Assembly: GCA_951406725.2 (NCBI GenBank)
Contig: OX597825.1
Location: 34,658,001-34,722,000, forward strand
Direction: 5' to 3'
Length of the DNA stretch: 64,000 bases
Origin: Octopus vulgaris
Lineage: Eukaryota
The first letter of the stretch is position 1, and every line of letters starts with the position of its first letter. The position numbers and the translations under genes are program-made. Positions 25,709 through 37,897 of this stretch are shown here, in pieces. Below the pieces are notes generated by a model. It did not search any database and was not told the DNA's origin. It saw only the letters and a list, made by a program, of their open reading frames with translations.

Positions 25709-25735
25709 GTTATTTGCAAAGAGACCGATATAAAG
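25709..25735 (+). CDS. Coding microexon 2 (27 nt, phase 1-1; GYLQRDRYK)
   Basis: tttttcattttcttttgtaattttcag| acceptor, aaag|gtaagc donor. Keeps the frame between exons 1 and 3. Confidence 0.75.
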
Positions 25736-25919
25736 GTAAGCCACTAACTTCAAAGCACTCTTCTTCTTTATCCCACTTCAAAGCATTCTTCTTCATCTTC
25801 TTTATCCTACTTCAACTAACTCATGGCATGTTTCACATAATCCAGGATTTCTTTCCCTCCAATATCCTGCTATTAGTATTTTACAGATTTTCATTGATTA
25901 ATTGATTACACAGAAAGAG

Positions 25920-25963
<44 letters not shown>

Positions 25964-26274
25964 TTTAAGATTAAAACTTGCCATGCTGCTACTCAGCAGA
26001 TGTCTCTATTTCTGTGCTCTGTCAGTAGACTAGCATCGTGGTCATATGAATTTCTTTCAGATTTTTAGTATTAGTATTGTAAATACCTAATGCCTTACTC
26101 CAAAGGCTATGTTTCATCCTTAGAATCAATTGTATTTCATCTCTGGTCAGCTACTGACTCTCTGTTAAAGTTCATGTGCACTTCACACAACTCACTCTAC
26201 CACCTGAAGAAAATGCAGTATACATTGGACAATGTAGTCTCTGCTGATGAAGGTGTAACATATTGAAATCTGTG

Positions 26275-26325
<51 letters not shown>

Positions 26326-26454
26326 ATATATGTATATAAGTATATTCAGTATATGGTTTAACTTATAAAACAAAGATCAACAAATTCAATCATATTTTTC
26401 ATAATTGGAGAAGATTAGATGTTGATATGGATTGAAATTATTTTTATTCATGTA

Positions 26455-26532
26455 GCTATACTATCATTTCTTACAGAAAGACAATAAATTCATTTTAAGA
26501 ATCTGGGTTGTCAAAAAGTATTCGTCAGTAGC
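26455..26532 (-). ncRNA. Hammerhead ribozyme motif (left arm; CUGACGA and GAAA intact, stems II/III decayed)
   Basis: GCUA-CUGACGA-AUAC..GUAA-GAAAU-GAUA-GUA-UAGC. Confidence 0.65.
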
Positions 26533-26651
26533 AAAAATTAAAGAAAGGAAAAAAAGCTAAAAAGATGTTAGAATTACATAGTAATAGCTATGTAATTCCA
26601 ACGTCTTTTTAGCTTTGTTTTCTTTTTCTTTTTTTCCTTTCTTTAATTTTT

Positions 26652-26729
26652 GCTACTGACAAATACCTTTTGACAACCCAGATTCTTAAAATGAATTTAT
26701 TGTCCTTCTGTATGAAACGATCGTATAGT
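26652..26729 (+). ncRNA. Hammerhead ribozyme motif (right arm; G8>A)
   Basis: GCUA-CUGACaA-AUAC..GUAU-GAAAC-GAUC-GUA-UAGU. Confidence 0.7.
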
Positions 26730-27021
26730 TACATGAATAAAAATTAAAATAATTTCAATCCATATCAGCATCTAATCTTCTCCAATTACGAAAAATATGA
26801 TTGAATTTGTTGAACTTTGTTTTGTAAGTTAACTCATATACTGAATATACTTATATGAAATTTCATATCTATGCTAATTTACACCAGGAAATTAAAAGTA
26901 AGGTATGAAGAAACATTAGAAATCTCTTGGAAACTACTCCAATTAAAGGACAAATTCACATTCAACCCTTTTAAAATATATACATACATACATGCATGCA
27001 TGCATTCATACATACATGCAT

Positions 27022-27060
<39 letters not shown>

Positions 27061-27062
27061 TT

Positions 27063-27109
<47 letters not shown>

Positions 27110-28747
27110 ATACCTGTTAGAAACAGTAGTTAAAACACCAACTAAACCAGCAAAAAACCCTGCGAAATACAACAGAAAACAAACATAAGTGAGCAAACAG
27201 TTAAAGAATTCGAAAAATACTTCTGTAGATAATGTTACTCTGATATTCGTGTACCTATGTTTCGGGATATATATATATTCACACACACACACATATATAT
27301 CTACCAATGTAATTATTGCATTTAAACACTAAGCCACAATATGTTTTGAGAATGACCATACATGTATGTGCATACACGCATGCAAACATGTGCACACACA
27401 CACACACACACACACCTTTGTCATTAGCAATAATGCAATTTGCTTGTAAAAAAATTGTACAACACTGCTAGGAGTTAAATTGTTCAACATTTCCATTTGT
27501 CAGGTAGCTATTTAGAATAGCCATGAAATATAAGAAGAAATTTTGAAGAAAATTCTTAAAGATTCTGATTCTTAAATGTTAGAAATATAAAAATTAAAGA
27601 AGGGAGAGGGAGATAAATAATAAAAAGAATAAAAGTAAAGGTTGAGTGCACAATCCAAAATTCTGTCCTTCGTTACACTAGCAAAATATGATCTCATGTC
27701 TGTCAAGAGAAATGCTCTTATATTTTGCTACACAAGTTCACATTTATATTAACAATGCAGACTTTGACACAAATACAAGGCTGTGAAAACCAAAAAACAA
27801 AGATAATTATCTTAATTAATTGATAATAATTAGAGATTATTATTTAGATTAAGATATCAGATTTGCCCTACTGAACTGAATTGTGTTTCATGACAATTTC
27901 AATTAAACAAATTCTAGTTGCTTAAATTATTCCCTGTCTACAAACAATATTTACTCATTTTAAAACATAAATAGTCCTAACTTTCTTGCCAGAAAGTTAG
28001 AAAGTTGCGTCTAAATTTATCAAGAGAAGAGAAATTTTTTATTTGAATCATTTTTATTATATATCTAAACTATAATCTTTAACACTTTCACTGCAAAATT
28101 AAATTTCATAGTCATTCCCATAATGATGTTAGTTATCCACCAAAAAATAACTGACTTTTACGGCATGAATTTATCACTGTCTTTATCTGCTTTGGCTGAC
28201 TACTAACATAAAAATGAACAATGCTTGTAAGCAAAAAATCAGCTCAAAATGATATATCCATTGCATGCTGGCTGGTGTCAGTTGTTCTTCTGACTTATTT
28301 GATGAAGGTGATTATTTCAAGGCTGTACAGTGCATTTTCCATGGCCTTCATTGCTCATTTTATTGTTGACATTATTAATCTATATGATGTCCTTGGTTCT
28401 TGTTTATCAAATTTCTTAATTGTAAATAAAATACCCCAGTGTAGAATCTTAACAGAGACCTTTCATGCACACACACACACACTAAATGACATGGGCATGG
28501 AACACTTACATTCAGAACTCTTCAGTTCCTTGACAGTGATTTATTCAATATTCACTGTTTGTCAGCTATGGCAAGTTTAATACATGTTTAATGCATGTTT
28601 AGTATATTTAATAAATTTACTTCCATATTTCCAGTAATATTGTGCTCTACTTTTGTTGTTACATGTGGTTTATCTACACACACACATCATCATCATCTCA
28701 TCACCATCATCGTTTAACATCCATCTTCCATGCATGCATGAGTAGGA

Positions 28748-28784
<37 letters not shown>

Positions 28785-28794
<10 letters not shown>

Positions 28795-29081
28795 TAGAGG
28801 ACTGACCACTAAAAGTGGACAGCCTATATGCTAAACATAGACGTCAAATCGCCATTACCACGAAGAATCTGTTCTCAGAGATTTGCTGAGATTTTTCTTG
28901 AGAACAGATTCTTCGTGGTAATGGCGATTTGACGTCTATGTTTAGCATATAGGCTGTCCACTTTTAGTGGTCAGTCCTCTAAATTTTATATGTAACACAA
29001 TTTTTAATCTTCGGATTTTTTAAAATATGCTAAGCCACTGGTTTTAATTGATTAATATCAATTTCTACCCTTATTTAATTT
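28785..29081. mobile_element. Fold-back element: perfect 93-bp inverted arms plus 90-bp tail, flanked by (TA)n
   Basis: 28785-28877 is the exact reverse complement of 28899-28991. Confidence 0.9.
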
Positions 29082-29102
29082 TATATATATATATATATAT
29101 AT

Positions 29103-29635
29103 GCCACAGAACCTCCCAAAACTAGACACCAATATCCAAGTGTTGTCTAAGACTAATTAGGTTACCTATGAAGAAAACTAATCAATACCAAAGTAAGTGA
29201 TCCCCACAGACTATGAATCCACGAATGCTTTCCTCTTGGCAAGAATGAAGGACAATCCTAGAATAAGATAATAAAATTCACAATTGAGCACAATGTATGT
29301 GCATTCCTCTCATCAGCTTCCCAAATGGATATCACTATGGTTTCAACACATTGGCAGTATCATTCAATCCAGCAGTGTCCGCAGCATTAAAATTATAAAT
29401 GCTCCCCGAGTATCCAATAACCTTTTACTACAAGTAAGAACATAAGAGTAAACAAATAATAATTTATAGCTACAAAATAGTATTATAGCAAAGAGCTAAT
29501 TTCTGAAAGGACATTCAGACAATATAACAGACATAGACAACTGGATACTTTGCTTCCCAATCAACATCACATCTTGAATATCATACCACACCCAAAAAGG
29601 AGCCTGATAACAATTAGTGGGACAATTTATCTCCT
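29103..29635 (+). mobile_element. Possible Penelope-like RT remnant
   Basis: gatataaaattcacaattgagcac reads DIKFTIEH, like the PLE RT IKFTxE motif. Bounded by (TA)n and otherwise heavily decayed. Confidence 0.3.
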
Positions 29636-31282
29636 ATATATATATATTCACATGCATACTCAAACCAAACAGTTGTTTGTTTTGAATGAGTAGAGAACAA
29701 AAGGTGACAATGTAGAATGGAGAAGACACTTTAGTCTTGCAGTGGCCAATACAACCTCTCTAATACTAGTGCCAAGATAAAATGCCCTGAGTACACTCTG
29801 TAAAGTGGCTGGCATTAATAAGGGTAACCTACCATGGAAATCATGCCAAAATGGAACATATGAACATGATGTCTTCCAACAAACTCATCTAGAAGAGCAG
29901 TAACTCCAAATAACTGATTTGGATCATTTTGTGTTCACTTGCCACCACTCCATTTTTTCCCACTCAACAAGTATTCATTTTATCTGCTCCAGAAGGATTA
30001 AAGGCAAAGTTGATTTGATGGGATTTAAACTCAAAACATAAAGGAATATAATTCAATACTGAAGACATTTTGTCCAGCACATCACCGCTTCTGATGTCTT
30101 CTATCCAATATCCCGTTAGTATAAAACATTACTGTTCCTACTCGCTGATTCTCTACAAATCTGTGGAATCAATGTTCACATAACTTACATGCTCTGACTT
30201 ATTTAATCACATTCTTCTGTTAAAGGAATTAATGACTCACAGAATATGTACTTGTAGAGTATGTAAATAGTTGTGACAGGGTAATCTGTTGAAAATTATC
30301 TACTAATAAATCTGCGCTGATTCTCCTGATATCATGACAATGAAACCCATTGTTCAATGTCATGTATGGTAACTAGTATTGGGTAACACCATTGATTTAT
30401 ATAGAAACAGCCCAAGCCAATGAGCCACCACATGATCATTCAACTTGCTAGAAACAGCAGCTCAAACTCCCTCAAATCATCTTTAAAATGAAATGGACCC
30501 ACTGAATGACAGTTGAAATGGACTTCAATAATTGATTAATAGAAAGTGAAAGTTTCTTCAGTGGAATACTTCTATTTGTTAATGCTTTCATTATTGAATA
30601 TTTCCATACATTATTGTAGTTCAATAAACCTACGCTTTTTTTTTTTAAATCATGCCTTCGTATTTCAAACTAACAAATATTAATGAACAAAAATATTGAG
30701 TAACAGAGTTATTATCCGTTTTTTCTTTCATTTTTTTGGTGTTTTTATCAACTTCTAAGTCATCAAAAATAGCTTTTACTTTACCTCCTCTGATTCTAAG
30801 GTCCCACTCATAGTTTGAAATACATTTCCTGAAATACAAAATGAGTTGTTGTGACTGGAATACCTTTGATTATGTATTTGTTAATTCAGAGCTCATCTGG
30901 GGCTAAACAAGAACAAAAAATCACCCTGTTTTATAAGAAATGGCTGTTGCAACACTGCAAACACTTGTTCATATCTAGGAATGGCTCTTCAAACTGAGGA
31001 AATAGATACTAACAGATTCTGTAGAGTTGCTTCTCATATAATGTTCTTAATTGGACTGGTGATCACAGCTGAAATACTTTTATTTATATGTCTACTGGAT
31101 CTGGGCTGACCTTAAGCTAAAGTTTAATTACTACAAAAATAGTAGTGGTCCTCAAAGATACTTCTTCAAAAGTACTTTATCACAGCTTCTAAGTGATAAA
31201 CAGTCTATAATTTATTTCTTTTCAATACTTCATGAAATCCAGTGACAAAGAATACTCACTGCTAAAGAATTTCATAACACTC

Positions 31283-31511
31283 TTAACCCTTTCGTTACCA
31301 ACCCGGCTGAAACCAGCTCTGGCTCTGTAGTACAAATGTTTTGTTTTCATAAGTTTTAAATTAAAATTTTCCACCAAACATTAGTCACAAGTTATGTTCC
31401 TAACACTAGCTTAATGATAACTAAATTATTTTACTAAATTCTTTGTTATATTTAAAATAATTGAAAGAAACTCAGAGCATCTCAAAATAAATACAGCAAC
31501 GAAAGGGTTAA
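31283..31511. mobile_element. piggyBac-type MITE
   Basis: TTAA-CCCTTTCGTT ... AACGAAAGGG-TTAA. A decayed inverted copy lies near 25270-25460. Confidence 0.85.
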
Positions 31512-31682
31512 TTTCTCTTTCCAGTAAATCTGAAGTTTCATTCTTTTATTCTTTTACTTGTTTCAGTCATTTGACTGCAGCCATACTGGAGCACTGCCTT
31601 GAAGGATTTTAGTCAAACAAATTGATCCCATTATTTGTTGAACCACTAACTTACAGGAACGCAAACACATTATCACAGACAG

Positions 31683-31751
<69 letters not shown>

Positions 31752-32051
31752 ACAGGCTTCTCTCAGGCTCCAACTACCAAATCCACTTACAAGGCTTTTG
31801 TCAACTCGAGGTTATAGTAGAAGACACTTGCCCAAAGTGTCATGCAGTGGGACTGAACCCGGAGCCATGTGGTTGGGAAGCAAGTTTCTGACCGCACAAC
31901 CACACATGTACCCTTGTATTGCTGACTAATATATATTTATTGTATAACATATATACAATATGTGTGTGTGTGTATATAACATATATAAAATACATGCGTG
32001 CATATGTGTAACATATACACACACATATATGTATGTATATATGTGTATATT

Positions 32052-32105
<54 letters not shown>

Positions 32106-32915
32106 GACTCAGCAAACCAAATGAGACCATACCCCGTGGCCTATGCCAGTGGTGTAACCAGCCCACTTATTCATACCTTTCCTTCATTGGACACTAAACT
32201 CTGCTTGCAAAGACCTGTTGAGGCAAGTGAGGTGTAGGAGTGGCTGTGTGGTAAGAAGCTTGCCTACCAACCACATGCATGACACCTTGCACAAGTGTCT
32301 TCTGCTAAAGCCTCAGGCTAACCAAAGCCTTTTAAGTGGATTTGGTAGATGGAAACTGAAAGAAGCCTGTTGTGTGTATATATTTATATATATGTGTGTG
32401 TGTGTTTGTCCCCCCACCATCGCTTGTCAGTCGATGCTGGTGTGTAATATACACTAGATTATGTTGTGTATATTACATAATTGGATTAAGATTAAACCAA
32501 GGTGTTTATAAATTAAATAAATAAATTGATAAATATAGATTAAGTTATCGAAATTTAATTTATTTTATGTATTTTACGTATTTTAGTTTTGAATTATTGA
32601 GATTTTAGAAATTTTCCAGTAAATGGTATATTACATCTAGTTTATTTCTTATTTTCACAGCTAAAATACATTTTTCTATCTATTTATCCTATAGTTATTA
32701 TTTATGTCATGTTTTCACATGATAAATTTCTTAGCAACACTAGGTTCTAAGTATAACGTTTAAAATTTCAGTTAGCTGGAATTCTTCAATAAGATACGTT
32801 ATAATTTTATTTTTCATTAATATCGTTATATTTTATTCGCTTATTTATAGTTAAGATACATATATTTCTATATGTGTTTATTATGTTAAGATACATACAT
32901 TTATTTTATTGTTTA

Positions 32916-33013
32916 GACCTGAAGAGTGGCTATATTTTTAAATCGAATTAATTTTAATAGTATCAATCTTATTATTATTGATTTAAAGATATAGTCACAA
33001 AATGCGTGTAGTC
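32916..33013 (+). ncRNA. Hammerhead ribozyme motif (G12>A) within AT-rich PLE-like insert ~32447-33148
   Basis: GAC-CUGAAGA-GUGGCUAUAUUUUUAAAUCGA..UUGAUUUAAAGAUAUAGUCAC-aAAAu-GCGU-GUA-GUC. Confidence 0.7.
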
Positions 33014-33144
33014 GTTTTAATGTTTATTTAATTTAGTGATTTTTTAAATAATATTTATTATTGTATATTTAAATTTTTCTATATGATATAGATAAAGTCT
33101 TTCACTATTGAATTACTTAATAGAGGTTATTTCTTTTAATTATA

Positions 33145-33200
<56 letters not shown>

Positions 33201-35002
33201 TACATATATACATATATATATACATATACACACATACACACTCAGAACTAGGTGTATTGTTTCAAGTGAGCAAATGATATAAACAGCATACATATCATGT
33301 GTGACTAACAGATAAAAGAACAATGCATTATGTTATTATGTTCATCTGTTACTTATGCACTTAAGGTATGTCACAGCTGCAGTTATATTTTCTTAGTTGG
33401 TTATACATCAATGAAATTTAAAGATATTAGCAAAGAAAAAGAAATAAGTGTTTGTCCACTGTTGAATGATGCACAAAGCAACCCTTAAAATTTAGAAATG
33501 AAAATAACAGTGCTAAATTCTCTAATAGTGAGCTGAAGGCATCATTGTTATCAGGAGATCAGAACTGTGAAATATTTTCTAGGGAGAGACATGTAAATGT
33601 TCCCAGTTGTTTTTATTAAGCAAGTCATAAATTGTTGAGTGGCATTTATTAAAACCAAGAACCAAACTAAAAAAATATACATATATGAAAATTAGATGAA
33701 TTTCCAATGTTTTTTCTAATATTTTTGGTTAAGTGTTAAAGAGCTATAGTTACTGCAATTATGTTGAAAAATAATGGGTTTATTCCATATTACCATTATA
33801 TAAAAAATAATTAAGTTGATTGGTGTTTTTGCTAAACAGCCAAGTTTTAGTTGTCAGGTTTAGTTGTAATTCATTGCTTGTAAGTTTTGTTAATAAAAGA
33901 GATCAATTTTTCCAAACTGTATAAAATAATATTGATAAACAACAATGTAAAATCTGTATTTTTTTTTTATTGATTATCATTGTTTATTGAATATTAAACG
34001 AAGATGCAACATCTGGCTTAGTATGTAACCTGTTAGTGTCACTAAGTTAGTGTGACCGAAATTAAATTGAAACTTATAATAATAACACGTTGACCTGAGT
34101 GAATAGTGAACAGAAATGAAGTCACACGGGGGAAAAAGTCACAATTTTGGATAGAGGGAAAATGTTTCATTTCATTTATACATCATAAATAATAGTTAAT
34201 ATAAATAAACAAGTATTATCTTAAATCACTTACTCACTGGTTATACATAACCTGTACACAGATTATATTTTCACATACAAGTGAAAAAAATATTTCAGAT
34301 ATTGATTGAAATATTTTATCTAATGTCATTTATTGAACGTTTTCTGTGACTTTTTCCTTTTTTGCTCATTTAATATGCTAAAACTAAATTGTCACTAAGT
34401 TTTCAGTTCAGAATACTAGAATTTAATATCTTTTTTTAGAAATTATGCAATTATATGAAGTTATAAGAAACAAACATTAAACATTTGACTGTGTAATTAT
34501 ATTTCATGGTCATTCCTTTAATGATATTAATTATCCACCAAAAAATAGAATTGATATTTTCTGTTTCTGCAATGCTTATTTCGGTGGATATGAAAGTTGT
34601 ATCTACAGCTCTCATATCCACCACTAAAAGTATTTGATTCTTGCTCTGTAAAGAGATATTTCATGAAATAGGAAAAAATTAAGAAAATCTGAAAAATTGA
34701 GGAGTAAAACCACTTTCCATAGTTGACAGTAATAGAATTTCGAGCAGATAGGTCTACATTCTGTGTTCAAAGGAATAATGTACTGAGATGTCAACACAAA
34801 CTAAAATGATTGAATATAATGTGATATACACAGCTAGAAGAGCAAAAGAAGCTCTTTATAACATAGGAGAAAGCCAGAAAAATACCTGAGTGCATTAAAT
34901 GTTGAACATTTGAAGCATTACTAACAATTTGTCTAGGTTTTTTATTTATCTACTTATTTTTTTCTTTTTGATGATGAGATGAGAGATCTTACCCTTCCAA
35001 TG

Positions 35003-35046
<44 letters not shown>

Positions 35047-35756
35047 GACGTACTTCAGTAACAGAAAGACCTTTTTGCAGCAATGTGTCAGCAGCCTAAG
35101 TTCAAATAGATATATCTTTTTTCACTGTGTGTACAATGTATCTAAACTATGGACATGACAATCCATTTACAGTCCAAATGTTCTAGATTAATGAGTCTCT
35201 AGAGCTAGATGCATTAACCATTAGTGAAGAGGATTTGAACCTTGAATTGTAAATTAAAGAATTACTTGTCGAATAGAAACAAGTGAAGATCGCAAGCTTT
35301 GAAGAAGAACAAAACACTGCTCATGGCAGCACCAACTCTCATTCAGTTTAGGCAATCACTTAAATTTGAAGGGACTAGGGATATTGTAGGTGCTGTTGTT
35401 TAGTCTGAAGTTAGACCTGATCTACAATCAAATGCATCCCAGCCATAACATCCTATCTTTCATTTCTGATAGAGCTAAATTTAGGGACAATATCTTTATA
35501 CATCCATTCTTGTATTCTGTAAATATGTGTAGCCGTTAACCATCAGTCATGACTGAGTATGACTTTGTGACATGAACCATGTTTTCACTAATTGTTTTGG
35601 TAATTTGATAGTTGTGAACAGACATAGCCACTCTCTTGGGCATCTCCCTCTTGACCCAGCAGCACATCTCAGACATGACAACTGGAGAGAGAGAGAGAGA
35701 AAGAATGCTGTACTAGCATCTGGCTAGTATTCATTTACAGGAGAGTAGACTGTTAG

Positions 35757-36050
35757 TGGAGGCATGTGGCCTTGTGGTTAGTGTCGCACTCACAATCATA
35801 AGATCGTAGTTTCAAATCCTGGATTGGGCAATGTGACGTGTGCTTGAGTAGAGAACTTCATCACACATTGCTCTGCAGTCACTTCAACATATGATGTGTG
35901 GCATACCAAGCACTTGTACAGGCAATGCCAAGTTGATGGAGGGAGTGCTCTAATGTACAGTACAAACATTTGACCACTGTGAAAATCATCTGTACAGATT
36001 GTTCAGCAAGAAGCTGCTGAACCCTCATCTGTCATCTACAGCAGGTAAGT
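35757..36050 (+). mobile_element. tRNA-headed SINE
   Basis: A-box tggccttgtgg, B-box gtttcaaatcc. A related copy lies at 51432-51770. Confidence 0.6.
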
Positions 36051-36788
36051 CCAGAAGACTGGAGCAAACTAAAATGAAGTACCTTCCTCAAGAACGCAAC
36101 AGGTTGCCTGGTCAAAGAATTGAACCCACAAACTTATGATCATAAGCTGAACACCCTAACACACTAGGCTAGCACATTCATCCTGTACTAATAAAGGTGA
36201 CCTATTATTAATATATATGACCTTTATTACAAGACTTATCTATGACTGTATTGCAGTCCTGTATATTATCACCACTATTGCAGTGTAATATACATGGCTT
36301 CTATTACTGTACTAATATGTTATATATGACCACTTTTGCAATGTAATATACGTGATCTCTATTACAGTACTAATATACAGTATGGGAGTACTAAAATATA
36401 TAGTCACTATTGCAGTCTAATATATAACTATTTTGACAGCACTAATGTATATGGGATTTGTATTTCATACTTATTCAGTTCTAATAGATTGTTTTTATTT
36501 TCAACTATCTAATTTAATATCAACATTAGGTTGGATGTACCTACTGTGCAATATTACACAATTCATTTTTGATAGTTCAACATCTTTTCTGTGAGGTCAT
36601 CAGTTGTGAAATCTATCCACAAAATTACCCATTTATAAATGTTGTGTGTGTGTATTGTGAAAATAAAATAACTTTTATGTGTTGGAAATCATTTTTATGT
36701 CCTTGTTTTAAATGTAATTATGCTTTTCAAGATATTAATTAATTAGTTTTAAAATTTGTAATATTTATCTTTGTTTTTTCAATTTCAG

Positions 36789-37897
36789 GTCAAGTGGCTA
36801 TACGCATCCAGGTGGAGGCTGTTAAGGCACTTGTTCCAAAAATGGAACTCTTGGATAGAGTGAGTGTTGAAGACCTTAGTAGCAGCACAGGAACACACAG
36901 TGTCGAAATCAGCTTCTCTCCAAGTCGACGACGTCACTGTTCTTATGAAAATATGACATTATTAGAGTCACCTGAGGAGGGAGCAAATATTCAACCACAT
37001 CTCATCAAAGAGTATGCTTACAGCCATGAAGATGATGATGATATCATCAAACCAAAGAGATGCTGGTGCATCTGCTTCCCAAGCCTATTCCGTCGTAAAA
37101 AAGACCCCAAACAAAAGAAGCATAATGTTACAAATCGTCGAGATCGGACACAACAAGTTACTCCTCCAGACATTTCACGATATACCAATGTAGTGACCAG
37201 CTCTCCATCGTCTCGCATTAAGTGGCATGAGGAAAGGGCATCGCTAAATGGCAAATATTATCTGAACAGAAAGTCTAGCAAAAGTCACAGAAATGAGAAT
37301 CCTAATATTACTGATATTGTTCATTACAAAAATTCCTTGAATGAAAGTCATTATTCCTCTCCTGAGTCTTTAAAAAGTCGACACTCTGGTAATTCCGTTT
37401 TGATTCAAGGCTACAGGAGAGATTCGAATAGTATTGCCTCAAGCAAAAACAGTATGTTTCCTGGGCCTTCCCCTGCTAAACAAGGTATGTTCATGTCACT
37501 GGAGCAAGGGAGATCAATATCTAGGAAAGTTGAATTGACAGAAGAATGGCGTGGTGATGGAGAGGTTTTGGATGAGAAAGCTCACAAGTTTTATGTCCTT
37601 TTTGATAGTGCTGGAAATTCACACTATACAAACCTAATAAAATATTTCGAACAAGATCGAGGAACACTTGTTATGAGTGCGCTTCGAAGAGACACGTTAG
37701 TTGTTATGAATATTTGTATGACAAAAGATCAATTACAACAATTGCAGTCAGATTATTCAACTGGCAAGCTAACCCGTGATATTGAGCAACGGTTGGTCAA
37801 CATGCAGGTCTTAAATGCTGTTGATGCCAAAGAGTTGCGTCTTTCCACTATTATAGATGATAGTGAATTCAGCCAAGCTGAAGAAGAGCTTGGTTGA
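36789..37897 (+). CDS. Coding exon 3 (terminal) of CARD + TRADD-N-like protein
   Basis: ttgttttttcaatttcag| acceptor in the phase matching exons 1 and 2, 1.1-kb open frame. The C-terminus LVVMNICMTKDQLQQLQSDYSTGKLTRDIEQRLV..ELRLSTIIDDSEF matches the TRADD-N-like pattern. Confidence 0.9.

Larger units (their letters stand above)
26335..26975. mobile_element. Fold-back Penelope-like element: ~250-bp inverted arms plus tail, in (TA)n
   Basis: Arms ~26335-26581 and 26588-~26856 with a 6-nt loop. One hammerhead per arm. Confidence 0.8.

Noticed and set aside
26244-26275. CTGATGA..GAAA hammerhead-like motif
   Set aside because: Stem II relies mostly on wobbles, and stem III and the cleavage triplet are missing.
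36240-36450. Degenerate ~28-bp tandem repeat (actattgcagt..taata)
   Set aside because: Ordinary decayed minisatellite with no spacer structure or other signal.
36794-36796. GTG start for a standalone 367-aa protein
   Set aside because: It lies 5 nt inside a strong splice acceptor, so it is an internal Val codon.
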